Assembly (NCBI GenBank): GCA_963703285.1
Contig: OY969807.1
Coordinates: 1,024,001-1,088,000, forward strand
Direction of reading: 5' to 3'
Source of the DNA: an uncultured Nitrososphaerota archaeon
GTDB lineage: Archaea; Thermoproteota; Nitrososphaeria; Nitrososphaerales; Gagatemarchaeaceae
Length of the DNA stretch: 64,000 bases
Shown here: positions 1-9,494 of the stretch, piece after piece
Position numbering within the stretch: the first letter of the stretch is position 1
Layout: every line of letters begins with the position of its first letter
Program-made: the position numbers and the translations under genes
Notes under the pieces: generated by a model
What the model was told of the DNA's origin: nothing
The model's database searches: none
The model's input: the letters and a program-made list of their open reading frames with translations, nothing else

Positions 1-434
1 CGGAGCCTATCTATCCGGCGACAAAGCTCCCCGATAGTCTTCGGCAGCTTTACAGCCATCCTTCCCATCTCTCAGAGCAAGAGTTGCGAGTCAACCAGAG
101 AATGATAGATGGGTTGAATTCCACTATCACGAAGCTTCTTTCCTACGATGGCGCAGAAGTCAAGACCAAGGACGCGGCGAGACGCGATGGCTACTACAGA
201 ACAAACATGGGCAAGTACTTCGTGGCAAACGGCGGCAGGACTCACGCGACTACGCTCCTCACGAGCCTGCAGAGCCAGCTCGCCGAGGCAACGAAGCTTG
301 CGCAGTCGAACCTCGGGTTCTTTGAGGTTCTGGAAATAGAGAGAGTGAAGTCTTCTGGTCCATTCGTCTACGACGTGTCCGTCCCCGACACGGAGAACTT
401 CATGGCTGGATTCGGCGGCGTTTTCTGTCACAAC
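1..434 (+). mobile_element. C-terminal part of an intein in the Walker A loop of the HerA-like ATPase
   Basis: Block F/G sequence VYDVSVPDTENFMAGFGGVFCHN ends at 434, followed by +1 Thr (ACC 435-437) of TGAGKS. Confidence 0.92.
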
Positions 435-1604
435 ACCGGTGCCGGTAAGAGCAATCTTACGAGTGTCCTCCTGAGGAAGGTCATGAACTCGGGATTGGAC
501 GTCACGACGATAGTCTTCGACGTCTCGGGAGAGTACGCCACGCACCTCATAGATCTACTCGAGAAGGACGGCAGGATACTCTCCACGGAGCAACTGGACG
601 ACGCTCAGCAGCTGTACAACTCCCAGGTGATTCCGGAGAGCCTCGAGGGAACGGTCAGTGACCAGGCCATCAGGAGCATATTCTCGGGGCTGCTCTCGAA
701 GAGGCTGGTGGAGAGGCTATCCATAGGGAGCGGGACGTCGGCGCTCGACCTAGCAGCCGTGGAAGACCTCCTCGAGAGCACCGCCGCAGATGCCAAGTCG
801 GGCGCAGTCGCCGCAAAGATTGGCCTCGAGAGGCTGACCAACAGGCTCTTCAGGGAACTCAACCTCCAGAGGAACTCGAAGCTCTCCGAACTCGACGGGA
901 GCGCGAAGGCCGAACTGCTGGCACTCATCGACGACATCAAGGGGAAGGTGAACGATAGGACCTCGCTCTGGTCAGAGCTGAACGCCATCGCGGAGTATAT
1001 CGAGTCGCCGCCGACGCAGGAGGCTGGCGAGAGGGGGGCGGAGCCGCTCACGCCTGAGAGGTTCGCCTCGGAGGTCGTCAGGGAGGGGGGGCCCAGGCTC
1101 AACGTCCTATACCTCCCCGACCCGAAGGACGCAAGGCTCGTGGCCAACCGCCTGATAACACGACTCCTCACCCTGAGGAAGAAGCAGGGGAGCAGGAAGA
1201 AGATCCTCATAGTGCTCGACGAGGCCCAGGAGTACATACCGGGGGAGCCGAGGGAGAGGGACATGACCATCCCCTCGAACCTGGCCGTGGAGGCGCTGCT
1301 GAGGCAGGGCAGGAAGTACAGGATTCACTGCTGGCTCGCCACGCAGAGGGTGGCACGACTGAACGTCTCCGCGCTCCAACAGCTCCACAGCTACTTCGTA
1401 AGCACGCTCCCGAGGTTCTACGACAGGATGGTGATCTCCGAGTCCTTCGCCCTCCCCCTGGAGGTGCTCGAGAGGACGGCCCAGCTCGACACGGGCGAGT
1501 GGGTCTTCGTATCGTATAAGGCGACGAAGCGCAAGAACGTCCCTGTCTTCCTCAGGACCGAAGACAACGAGAAGGCGATAGCCGCCTACCTGAAGGGCAG
1601 GTAG
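1..1604 (+). CDS. HerA/FtsK-like (DUF87) P-loop ATPase, intein-containing, 5' truncated by window edge
   Basis: Frame open from base 3. After the intein end come the Walker A remainder TGAGKSN, IVFDVSGEY, Walker B IVLDEAQEY, arginine-finger RQGRKY and LATQR, all typical of HerA. Confidence 0.85.
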   Translation, partial: EPIYPATKLPDSLRQLYSHPSHLSEQELRVNQRMIDGLNSTITKLLSYDGAEVKTKDAARRDGYYRTNMGKYFVANGGRTHATTLLTSLQSQLAEATKLAQSNLGFFEVLEIERVKSSGPFVYDVSVPDTENFMAGFGGVFCHNTGAGKSNLTSVLLRKVMNSGLDVTTIVFDVSGEYATHLIDLLEKDGRILSTEQLDDAQQLYNSQVIPESLEGTVSDQAIRSIFSGLLSKRLVERLSIGSGTSALDLAAVEDLLESTAADAKSGAVAAKIGLERLTNRLFRELNLQRNSKLSELDGSAKAELLALIDDIKGKVNDRTSLWSELNAIAEYIESPPTQEAGERGAEPLTPERFASEVVREGGPRLNVLYLPDPKDARLVANRLITRLLTLRKKQGSRKKILIVLDEAQEYIPGEPRERDMTIPSNLAVEALLRQGRKYRIHCWLATQRVARLNVSALQQLHSYFVSTLPRFYDRMVISESFALPLEVLERTAQLDTGEWVFVSYKATKRKNVPVFLRTEDNEKAIAAYLKGR

Positions 1605-1723
1605 AACGGCGAGACATTCCGAGCCGCGGGCATCCGAACGGCCTAACGGTTCGTCATGAGGCGTATTAGCATCCCGCCGAAGAACACCTTAATACTTGAC
1701 GACGGGCCGGGCGGGACTTACCT

Positions 1724-3097
1724 ATGACGAGAGTTGGGATAGAGGCGCTCTATATTTATTCGCCCGGATGCTACGTCGATAACGCGGAGCTTGCGGTGGC
1801 GAGGGGCAAGGAACCAAAGCACTTCACCGAGGGCGTGGGGATCAAGGCCTTCGCCGTCGCGCCACCGAACGAAGACCAAGCCAGCATGGCTGCGACCGCG
1901 GCCCACAGGCTGATGGAAGCCCACGACATCCTGCCGTCGGACGTATTCAGGATCGACACTCCGACCGAGAGCGGAATGGACTCGTCAAGGGCTCTGGTTT
2001 CGGACGTGGTGGGGATGCTCGAGCAAGTCTACGGCAAGGGGAGCTTCTCGCACGTCCTCGGCTACGAACAGAAGTTCGCCTGCGTCAGCGGCATGGAGAG
2101 GTACCTTGACAGCAGCGCCTGGTTCGGGGCCGGATGGAACCCGAGGAAGTACGCCCTCATCCTGGCGACGGACATTGCGAAGTACAACCTGAACAGCGGC
2201 GAGGAGCCCACCCAGGGCGCGGCCTCGGCTGCACTGCTGATAGGGAACGACCCCAGAGTGCTCGAGATAGTCCCCGGCGAGCTCGGGTCAGCGCTGAGGC
2301 ACGAGATGAGGGACTTCAAGAAGCCGGGGGCGCGGACCATCGCGATGGTGGACGGCGCGGTCTCGTACGCCTCGTACCTGACCGAGATGAAGGAGGCTTG
2401 GCTCAACTTCCAAGCGTCCGTCGAGAAGGCGGGGATGATGAGGCCGAAACCGGACCAATCCACCCTCGACTACATCGACAGGGCGGTCTACCACAACCCG
2501 CACAAGAAGATGGTGATATCCGCCTACGCGTCCCTGCTAATCCACGAATGGAGGAGCCTCTCCAGGTGGAAGAAGATAGAGGAGGCGATCGGCCCCGAAC
2601 CCTCGAGGGAGGGGATGGACGACCTGGCGTTCTACATGAGCGACGCCTACAAGGACTACAGGAGAAAGTTCATGAAGGCGCCCGAGTTTGTGAACTACTT
2701 CGAGGAGCACATCGGCAGCTCTCTCGTAGCGCCCGACCTCGTGGGCAACTCCTACTCCGTCTCGGTCTTCCTGGGGCTCGACAGCCTGTTTGAGAACGAC
2801 AAGGAGGACCTCACCGGCAAGTCGGTCGTCCTTTGCGGCTATGGGAGCGGGAGCCACGCGGTGATACTGGGCAACAGGATACCGCAGGGGTACAAGGAGG
2901 TCACGAGGGACCTGGACCTCATGAGCAGGCTCAACTCCAGGAGGAAGCTCACGATAGAGGAGTACGAGAGAATCCACCGCGGGGAAATCCAGCCAGAGGA
3001 GTGGTCCCAGGGTCCCGGGAAGAGGTTCATCCTGACGAGCATCGGCAAGAAGGAGACCCCGTCCGAGGGAGACAGGGGTTACGTCCTCGCTGGTTAG
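1724..3097 (+). CDS. mvaS: Hydroxymethylglutaryl-CoA synthase (bacterial/haloarchaeal type)
   Basis: TESGMD, catalytic KFAC, DIAKY..GEEPTQGA, YHNPH, VGNSYS and YGSGS motifs. Confidence 0.88.
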   Translation: MTRVGIEALYIYSPGCYVDNAELAVARGKEPKHFTEGVGIKAFAVAPPNEDQASMAATAAHRLMEAHDILPSDVFRIDTPTESGMDSSRALVSDVVGMLEQVYGKGSFSHVLGYEQKFACVSGMERYLDSSAWFGAGWNPRKYALILATDIAKYNLNSGEEPTQGAASAALLIGNDPRVLEIVPGELGSALRHEMRDFKKPGARTIAMVDGAVSYASYLTEMKEAWLNFQASVEKAGMMRPKPDQSTLDYIDRAVYHNPHKKMVISAYASLLIHEWRSLSRWKKIEEAIGPEPSREGMDDLAFYMSDAYKDYRRKFMKAPEFVNYFEEHIGSSLVAPDLVGNSYSVSVFLGLDSLFENDKEDLTGKSVVLCGYGSGSHAVILGNRIPQGYKEVTRDLDLMSRLNSRRKLTIEEYERIHRGEIQPEEWSQGPGKRFILTSIGKKETPSEGDRGYVLAG

Positions 3098-3132
3098 AGC
3101 TGCGGCTCAGAGAAGCTCGATCAGGAGATTCT

Positions 3133-3774
3133 CTAGACCGTGCCGGACGGGGGAGGCGGGATGACCTGGGCGGTCGGAACCTCCCTCGATGTGTCGTCAG
3201 GCATGGAGAAGAACGCTATTGCCATCAGTATGACCGCGATTAAGAGGACAAGGATCCCGACGATGACGATCGTGAGCGCAGCCCCGATCAGGTAGACGAA
3301 GCCCGCCGTCTCGAACATCCTGACATTGAGCGTAGAAGCTAGCTTCGTGAAGACCCGCCGCAGGAAGACGGCTGAGAGGACGGAGAAGGCGCACAACAGG
3401 GCGAGGCCGATGAACACCCCCACCAACAGCCCCCCGAGGCCGGCGATGTGGCCCGAGGAGAGGGCCGTGCTGTTCAGGTTGGTGTAGCCCGTCAGAGAGA
3501 AAATCTTCAGCCCGTTTTCGTTTGCGAAGTGGATGGCGCTGAGGACGGCGACGCCGGCGAAGGTCACGAAGCCGACGACCGCGAAGACCATGGCGAGTAT
3601 GGTGTTGTTCATCATGGTCTTCTCCCCGTAGACGTCGGCTATGTTGCTGACGGCGATGAGGACGAGTATCCACCCCACAACGGCGAGGAAGGTGCCGATC
3701 GGAGCGAAGGGGAAGAGCAGTATCATCAGGGAGCCGATTCCCCCGAAGGTCCGGGCCGTCGACAGAGAACCCAT
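3133..3774 (-). CDS. DUF996-like integral membrane protein
   Basis: Multi-TM; GGIGSLMILL..VGWILVLIAV and FETAGFVYLIGA..IAFFSMP pattern. Confidence 0.7.
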   Translation of the reverse strand: MGSLSTARTFGGIGSLMILLFPFAPIGTFLAVVGWILVLIAVSNIADVYGEKTMMNNTILAMVFAVVGFVTFAGVAVLSAIHFANENGLKIFSLTGYTNLNSTALSSGHIAGLGGLLVGVFIGLALLCAFSVLSAVFLRRVFTKLASTLNVRMFETAGFVYLIGAALTIVIVGILVLLIAVILMAIAFFSMPDDTSREVPTAQVIPPPPSGTV

Positions 3775-3817
3775 CCCGTTCGGGGGCGACTATGATTCTC
3801 TAATAAATCCGACGCAA

Positions 3818-4423
3818 CTACTGTCGCCTCTGGGTCTTCCCCTCGCTGATCACGTAGAGGTGATCGGCCATCCTGACGTCGGACTCGTCCTGGGTCGAGA
3901 AGACCACGTCGATATTGGCCTCGGCCGCCAGCTTCCGGTACGTCGAGATGAATCCCTCCTTCTCGTGGAGATTGGAGAAGGCCTCGTCAACCAGGATCGC
4001 TCGGGGAGACGCCAGGAGGGCTGTTGCCAGGGACACCCGCTCCCTCATGCCTAGGCTCAGCGTCCTGACGCTCCCCCCGTAGTCGATGCCAAGTTCCGCC
4101 TTGACCGCGGCGACGCGCTCCTCGGCGAGCGGCAGCTTCCTGATCTTCGCCCCCCATCGCAGGTGCGAGTCCACCTTCATGTGGGGCATCGACGACCCCG
4201 AAGTCACCATGACGATGCCCCTCCGCTCTGCCGGCAGCCTGGTGACGTCAGCTCCGCCGACCCTGACGAAGCCGTCGTCTATCTGGAGCTGGCCCGCCAT
4301 GGCCTTCATGAAGCAGGACTTCCCGGAGCCGTTCCTCCCTGCGAGACAGATGAAGCCCCCGTCGTTGAGCTCCGCTGAGAGGGCGAAGGACCCGAGCTTT
4401 GTCCGGACGTTCGCCTCTATCAC
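3818..4423 (-). CDS. modC: Molybdate/tungstate ABC transporter ATP-binding subunit (short)
   Basis: Walker A GRNGSGKS, signature LSLGM, Walker B ILVDE; overlaps the permease stop. Confidence 0.8.
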   Translation of the reverse strand: MIEANVRTKLGSFALSAELNDGGFICLAGRNGSGKSCFMKAMAGQLQIDDGFVRVGGADVTRLPAERRGIVMVTSGSSMPHMKVDSHLRWGAKIRKLPLAEERVAAVKAELGIDYGGSVRTLSLGMRERVSLATALLASPRAILVDEAFSNLHEKEGFISTYRKLAAEANIDVVFSTQDESDVRMADHLYVISEGKTQRRQ

Positions 4424-5205
4424 TGCCGGTGCCCCCTCTTCCTAAGGAAGTGACCGGCGAGCGCTATCGGAAGCGCGACGAGAATCATCGCCGCCGACGC
4501 TGTCACGGCGGCGTCGAGACCGCCCGGAATCGCCCCGTTGAAGAATGAATAGATGGTAACGGACGCTGGGCTGACACCGTAGAACGGGTACTGCAGAACG
4601 TAGTACGCGATTATCGAGATGGAGCCGAACTCGCTCAGCGCCCTGCTCATAGAAATCAGGGAGGCACTGGAGAGACCGTCGAACGAGTCGGGGATGACGA
4701 CCGAGAAGAGCGTCCTGAGCTTTCCAGCACCCAGTCCTGCGGCGAAGTTCTCCGCAGAGGGGTCCCTTGACTCGAAGTAGGGCTGGAGCGCCTTCACGTA
4801 GATAGGCGCGGACATGATGACGAGCGCGGTCACGAGGCCCAGGATGGTGTCGAAGAAGTCGATGTGCAGACTGAGGAGGAACTTCCCGGTTGGGGTGATG
4901 GGGCTATCCAGTATGAGGAGCGCGACCCCTATGATTGGGTGAGGGACGCTCACCGGGATGTCCACCAGCGACTCTGCGATTCGATCCTTCCCCCTCGCAA
5001 GATAGTAGGCGAGGGGCGTGAAGAGGGCGAAATCCACCGCCACCGCTATCGCGGATGAGAATAATGAAAGGGCAATCGACCGGAGCACCGGCGCGCTGTA
5101 ACCGGCCGGCGATCGCAGGGGTCCGAGACCGTAGTAGAGGAGGACCAGGATTGGGATTAGGAGGAGTACCAGTACACCGATAGAAATGAGCCGGAGCCAG
5201 TTCAT
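4420..5205 (-). CDS. modB: Molybdate/tungstate ABC transporter permease
   Basis: DIPVSVPHPIIG, EAA-like loop and SRALSEFGS typical of ModB/WtpB. Confidence 0.82.
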   Translation of the reverse strand: MNWLRLISIGVLVLLLIPILVLLYYGLGPLRSPAGYSAPVLRSIALSLFSSAIAVAVDFALFTPLAYYLARGKDRIAESLVDIPVSVPHPIIGVALLILDSPITPTGKFLLSLHIDFFDTILGLVTALVIMSAPIYVKALQPYFESRDPSAENFAAGLGAGKLRTLFSVVIPDSFDGLSSASLISMSRALSEFGSISIIAYYVLQYPFYGVSPASVTIYSFFNGAIPGGLDAAVTASAAMILVALPIALAGHFLRKRGHRQ

Positions 5206-5238
5206 TTTGGGGCGCCGGCTCCTATTGCTAGATCCCGG

Positions 5239-6393
5239 CTATATGGGCCCCGATGCGACGATGAGGCCCTGCGTCTCGAGTTGCTGTATCGGTGCGGGTA
5301 GCGTGGTTGCGCTGCTGTACAGCAGACCCTGCGACGAGACCGTCAACCCGAAGGACGCCAGGCTCGCCATGTTCTTGACGACGTATTGGATGAACTCGTA
5401 CGCCTCCACGGTGTTCACGCTGTTCAGCGGCACGGTGATGACAATCTCGATTGGTGCCCCGACCGTCGTCCCGGCTGAGTCAGTGTATGAGAACTTGGAG
5501 TAGAAGCTGCCCAGGCTCGGGTTCCCTAAGTTGACGTGCGTGTTCAGGGAGAGATAGCCTACACCTGCCCCGATGGCTGCTGACCTGTAGTCGAAGAGGA
5601 ACTGGATCTGCCCGGACTGGAGTGGTGCAACCAAGTCCGCCGCGCTGGCCGCGGTCACGTTGTCCCCCGACTTGAGGAGTGGAGCGGCGTACGCTTGCTG
5701 GTTGCCCCCAGCGTAGAGGTAGCCCGCGGCCTCAAGGACCAGCCAGCCCCTCAGACCTCCTGGGTCCTGTGCTGGCGAGGAGATTCCAATCTTGACGCTC
5801 CCAGAGGTGAGGGCTGTGAAGAAGGTATTCCACGCGGAGGTCGAGTTGGAACTCGCCGCTGTTTGTCCGTCCGATATTATCGTCTTGGCCGCTGAATTGG
5901 TGAGCGTCGCGTTCGAGTAGGCCAGGATCATCTGGTCCGAGCCGATCCCTATGGCCCAGTTGGCGGAGTCGGTGCTCAGGTGCGCCGGCGCCGCGGCGGC
6001 GAGCGCTGCGGACAGGAAGACATCGTCCGGGGCGCCTGCTGCAATGGCGCTTGCATCGGCGTTAGAGCCTCCCGACACGGGGGGAGCGACCGGGATGCCT
6101 GTGGACGCCGAGAAGCCCTTCAAGAGCGCCGTCATCTCAGTAGCGTAGGAGTCGGCCGAGTACGAGATCAGCGGTGCCAGAGCAAAGGACGTCGAGGTGG
6201 CGGTTGTCGTCACGGTGGTAGTGGCCGTTGTTGTCGCCGTCGTCGTGGCGGTGGTCGTGGGTGGGACGACCGTCGTGGTGTGCCCGCTCACCGTAACCAC
6301 TTCATACGCAGACAGAATCAGCACAACTGCAACTATCACGGCGGAGATACCGGCCGCCGAGGAGATACCCGTCTTTTGGGATCTGAGATTCAT
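5239..6393 (-). CDS. Molybdate/tungstate ABC substrate-binding protein (WtpA/ModA-like) with N-terminal anchor and Thr-rich linker
   Basis: TM anchor, TTTA-repeat linker, GGS, DVFLSA, DPGGLR and FLFDYRSAA motifs; first gene of the operon. Confidence 0.8.
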   Translation of the reverse strand: MNLRSQKTGISSAAGISAVIVAVVLILSAYEVVTVSGHTTTVVPPTTTATTTATTTATTTVTTTATSTSFALAPLISYSADSYATEMTALLKGFSASTGIPVAPPVSGGSNADASAIAAGAPDDVFLSAALAAAAPAHLSTDSANWAIGIGSDQMILAYSNATLTNSAAKTIISDGQTAASSNSTSAWNTFFTALTSGSVKIGISSPAQDPGGLRGWLVLEAAGYLYAGGNQQAYAAPLLKSGDNVTAASAADLVAPLQSGQIQFLFDYRSAAIGAGVGYLSLNTHVNLGNPSLGSFYSKFSYTDSAGTTVGAPIEIVITVPLNSVNTVEAYEFIQYVVKNMASLASFGLTVSSQGLLYSSATTLPAPIQQLETQGLIVASGPI

Positions 6394-6395
6394 TT

Positions 6396-6421
6396 GCGTT
6401 ATGCAGGGCCATGCATAACGC
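6396..6421. promoter_or_regulatory. ModE-type operator (perfect inverted repeat)
   Basis: GCGTTATGCA-gggcca-TGCATAACGC lies between the minus-strand TATA (tattta 6422-6427 on +) and the start codon at 6393; resembles the CGTTATAT..ATATAACG ModE box. Confidence 0.85.
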
Positions 6422-6545
6422 TATTTATCTATTCCGGGCCCCCATTTTGCTGCCCGCGTGAGGCCCACCTTCGGTCGAAGGTGCCACCGAAAACGGTCTC
6501 GTCCGAGCGTGCGGACTCGGGACCCGGAGATTGTAGGGTCCTTCT

Positions 6546-6755
6546 TTAGTCCTTCGCAATCATGACCTCTGTGGACTTGATGACCACAGAGACCTTGTCG
6601 CCCCTCTTCAGCTTCAGATCTTCAACGGCTTCCTTCGTGATTAGCGAAGTGATGGTGAAGGGCTCTGAGATATCCACCTTGACCATTGCCGCGACCGCAC
6701 CCTTGTCGACCGCGCTTACCTTCCCGATTACCTTGTTTCGTGCACTCAACTTCAT
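6546..6755 (-). CDS. Molybdate-binding TOBE/Mop (molbindin) protein
   Basis: KLSARN...ITSLITKEAVEDLKL...IKSTEVM. Confidence 0.92.
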   Translation of the reverse strand: MKLSARNKVIGKVSAVDKGAVAAMVKVDISEPFTITSLITKEAVEDLKLKRGDKVSVVIKSTEVMIAKD

Positions 6756-6949
6756 TCTTTTCGCGTCCTCCCTTGGTCCTGCGCACCGTTAAATCTGTTA
6801 ACTTTGCGCGAGCTTCGGCATGCCGAGGCGTATTCGCCCCCCTTGCGAGACCGACCCCCCGTCCAAGTTTGCTCGGCCTTCGCCGTCCCAGCTTTGCATT
6901 AGATTCCGGGCTCAAGGCTTAAAGTGAAGCGCGGGTAGGCCGACTCGGA

Positions 6950-7540
6950 ATGGCACCGAAACACAAGGTGAACCTGCAGCCAGCGTTTCGCCTTTCGCTT
7001 TCGGACGACAGGAACATAATCCTCGACCAGACGGACGCCCTGCTCCTCCGAAGAATCTCAGAGACTTCGTCGCTTACGGAGGCTGCTAAGCTCACAGAGA
7101 TATCCTACAGGAACGCGTGGGACCGCATCAAGGCCGTCGAGTCGAACCTAGGTGTGAAGATAGTCGAGACAAAGGTAGGCGGCGCAGCGGGCGGGGGGGC
7201 CACCCTCACGCCAGAGGGCGCTTCACTGCTCCGCGACTTTCGGAAGTTAAGGAAGTACCTCTTCGACGTACTGGACGAGCGGGAATTCATGGTCCACGCA
7301 AGCTACAAGCTGACCGCTAGGAACAGGTTCCGGGTTGAGATAAAGGAGGTCAAGAAGGGCGAGGTGACGGCCTCGGTCAAGATGAAGGTCGTCGGTCCAG
7401 CCTCCTTGACCTCGATAATCTCGAAGGAGGCGGTGGAAGACCTCGACCTCAAGGAGGGCGATGAGGCAGTGGCAATAATCAAGTCGACCGAGGTCATGCT
7501 CGCCAAGGAGACCAAGGCGGGAGAGGGGTTTTGGCTATGA
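6950..7540 (+). CDS. modE: ModE-family regulator (wHTH + TOBE)
   Basis: SLTEAAKLTEISYRNAW HTH, VGGAAGGGATLT and a C-terminal TARN..TOBE domain. Confidence 0.9.
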   Translation: MAPKHKVNLQPAFRLSLSDDRNIILDQTDALLLRRISETSSLTEAAKLTEISYRNAWDRIKAVESNLGVKIVETKVGGAAGGGATLTPEGASLLRDFRKLRKYLFDVLDEREFMVHASYKLTARNRFRVEIKEVKKGEVTASVKMKVVGPASLTSIISKEAVEDLDLKEGDEAVAIIKSTEVMLAKETKAGEGFWL

Positions 7541-7565
7541 TACAGGTCTAGGAAGGAAACGGGAG

Positions 7566-7898
7566 TTAGCTCAGAGCAGCGTCTATCTTCTGCTTGTACA
7601 TAGTGGCCGGTCCTGCTCCGACGGTCCTCGAGGCCACTTCCCCGTTCTTGAAGACCATTATCGTCGGTATGCTCATGATCCCGAACTTCTCAGCGAGGTC
7701 GGGACTCTCGTCGGTGTTGATTTTCACGAACTTCGCCCTTCCCGAGTACTCCTTCGACAACGCCTCTATGATGGGTGAGACCATCCTGCAGGGACCGCAC
7801 CAGTCGGCATAGAAATCGACGATGGCGGGAACTTCTGAATGAAGCACCTCCGTCTCGAAATCCTTGCTCTTCAGGTGCAGCATAGGGTTGCCATCCAA
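7566..7898 (-). CDS. trxA: Thioredoxin
   Basis: DFYADWCGPC and SIPT motifs. Confidence 0.95.
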   Translation of the reverse strand: MDGNPMLHLKSKDFETEVLHSEVPAIVDFYADWCGPCRMVSPIIEALSKEYSGRAKFVKINTDESPDLAEKFGIMSIPTIMVFKNGEVASRTVGAGPATMYKQKIDAALS

Positions 7899-7961
7899 AT
7901 GGGTTCAGCTGAAATCGGCTGTTATCAGCGTATTTACGCCTTTTCCGATTTTGGAGGTTAG

Positions 7962-8309
7962 CTACACGGAGAACCTTGGGGAGGCTTCCTTGTCGTGCCT
8001 CTTGAGCTCGGCGAGGACGGTTTCCTTGTCCGCGTCCGATGTCACGGGTCTGTACAGGAGCCCCTTGACCTCACCTCTAACCCTGAACGTGTCGATGTAC
8101 CACCCGCATACGAGCCAGTCGTGAGGACTCTTCCTGTTACGAAGAATCGTTATCGCGTCGTGGGGAGTCGGGTGATATACTTGGAGAGGGATGGTATCGT
8201 ACTGGATCTTGACCTCGGTGGAAACAAGCTGGGCTCCGGGCGGAATCGATTCCAGGCCTCCTTTTGCAAAACCCTTCTTCTCGGGACGGACACCATATGC
8301 GCGGCTCAT
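7962..8309 (-). CDS. Hypothetical protein
   Basis: 115-aa ORF with protein-like composition, co-oriented between the regulator and trxA. Confidence 0.6.
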   Translation of the reverse strand: MSRAYGVRPEKKGFAKGGLESIPPGAQLVSTEVKIQYDTIPLQVYHPTPHDAITILRNRKSPHDWLVCGWYIDTFRVRGEVKGLLYRPVTSDADKETVLAELKRHDKEASPRFSV

Positions 8310-8350
8310 TTGCGATTCGCCGCCTCGAAGCCGGAAGATTGTAAACCTTC

Positions 8351-8653
8351 CTAGCCTTTGAAACCGAGCTTCGCGCAGATCTGTTCAAAGATGTCAAAGT
8401 GGGCCTCGAACCACGGGTTGAGCGAATAGACCATCCCGTACCTTTCCCCCGAGGTGACGAGGAGCGAGCTGCTGAGCAGTATCCTGACGTGGTGCTGTAT
8501 CGCCTTGTACTGAAGGCCGAGGTCGCCCGCAAGCTGATTCATGTTGCTCGGCCTCTCGCGGAGCCTGCGGATGATGCGGGCCCGGTTTTCGCCTCCTCGG
8601 CTGCCTCCAAGCAGGAAGAGGAGCAGCCTGCGGAACTCCGGGTCGTCTGACAT
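8351..8653 (-). CDS. ArsR-like winged-helix regulator
   Basis: LLGGSRGGENRARII..RPSNMNQLA..LQYKAIQHHVRIL..YGMVY. Confidence 0.88.
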   Translation of the reverse strand: MSDDPEFRRLLLFLLGGSRGGENRARIIRRLRERPSNMNQLAGDLGLQYKAIQHHVRILLSSSLLVTSGERYGMVYSLNPWFEAHFDIFEQICAKLGFKG

Positions 8654-8746
8654 CGACCAGAATTCCACTAGACGGTATTTATCGATTCGGAACCCGAAGA
8701 TTAAGAAAAAGAGTTAAACGAGCCACGGTCGCGGCCGGAAGAAGAC

Positions 8747-9028
8747 ATGGATGTCCTGATCCTCGTTGCGACCTTGTTCTCCACGTTCAACGTCATCCTG
8801 CTCATCGGGCTCATCTACTTGTACGCCAGGATTGTGATGAAGACCCGTGCGGGCTACTCCATCGGGCTACTAATCTTCGCCGTCCTCCTCCTCTTCCACA
8901 ATGTCGTCACCCTCTTCGGCTACGCCGTGATGGGCGGGTTTTACAGCGACCAGTTGTACCCCGTGCTCGTCGCAATAACGGTCTGCGAGTTCGGCGCGCT
9001 CCTCGCACTCCTGAAGGTCACGGTCTAG
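8747..9028 (+). CDS. Small 3-TM membrane protein divergent from the wHTH regulator
   Basis: Hydrophobic 93 aa; similar to the C-terminal part of 35528..36010. Confidence 0.8.
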   Translation: MDVLILVATLFSTFNVILLIGLIYLYARIVMKTRAGYSIGLLIFAVLLLFHNVVTLFGYAVMGGFYSDQLYPVLVAITVCEFGALLALLKVTV

Positions 9029-9199
9029 GTTACGCCAGCTCTTCGGCTCACGGCCTCAACGAATTGAACTCTATCCAACTTCCTTGGGAATCACTCTCGG
9101 CCTGCTGCGTCCGGAGTCCCTATCACCGCTTCCCCTTGCTTCAGGTGCCTTATTCGAAGCGACTCCAGAGCGGGGTTTAGATACAAGAGGAGAAGCCCA

Positions 9200-9391
9200 G
9201 TGGGCATGAGGGGCAGGAGAGCGGCCGGATTCGGGCTAATCCTAATCGGGCTGCTAGGAGTCTCATTCTTCAAGGAGGTCATCTCGAGCCTGCTCCTCAC
9301 TGGGATCTGGGTTGGCATGCTGCTGCTCGTGCTGGTCTTCGTAGTGGGAGGATCGATACTTGTGGCGATAAGGGGCGAACCCGAGCACTAG
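9200..9391 (+). CDS. Small 2-TM membrane protein
   Basis: Hydrophobic 63-aa ORF. Confidence 0.55.
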   Translation: MGMRGRRAAGFGLILIGLLGVSFFKEVISSLLLTGIWVGMLLLVLVFVVGGSILVAIRGEPEH

Positions 9392-9494
9392 CCCAGGCCT
9401 CTCGCGAGCGCCTCAATCTCGCCGATGGGTTTCCAGAGCAGAGTCAATTCGGGTCGAGGGAGCAGAAAGGTTATTCCGGACCTAGCCCGCTATT

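Noticed and set aside
6190-6290. Tandem DNA repeat in the binding-protein gene
   Set aside because: A Thr-rich linker with varied codons, common in archaeal surface proteins.
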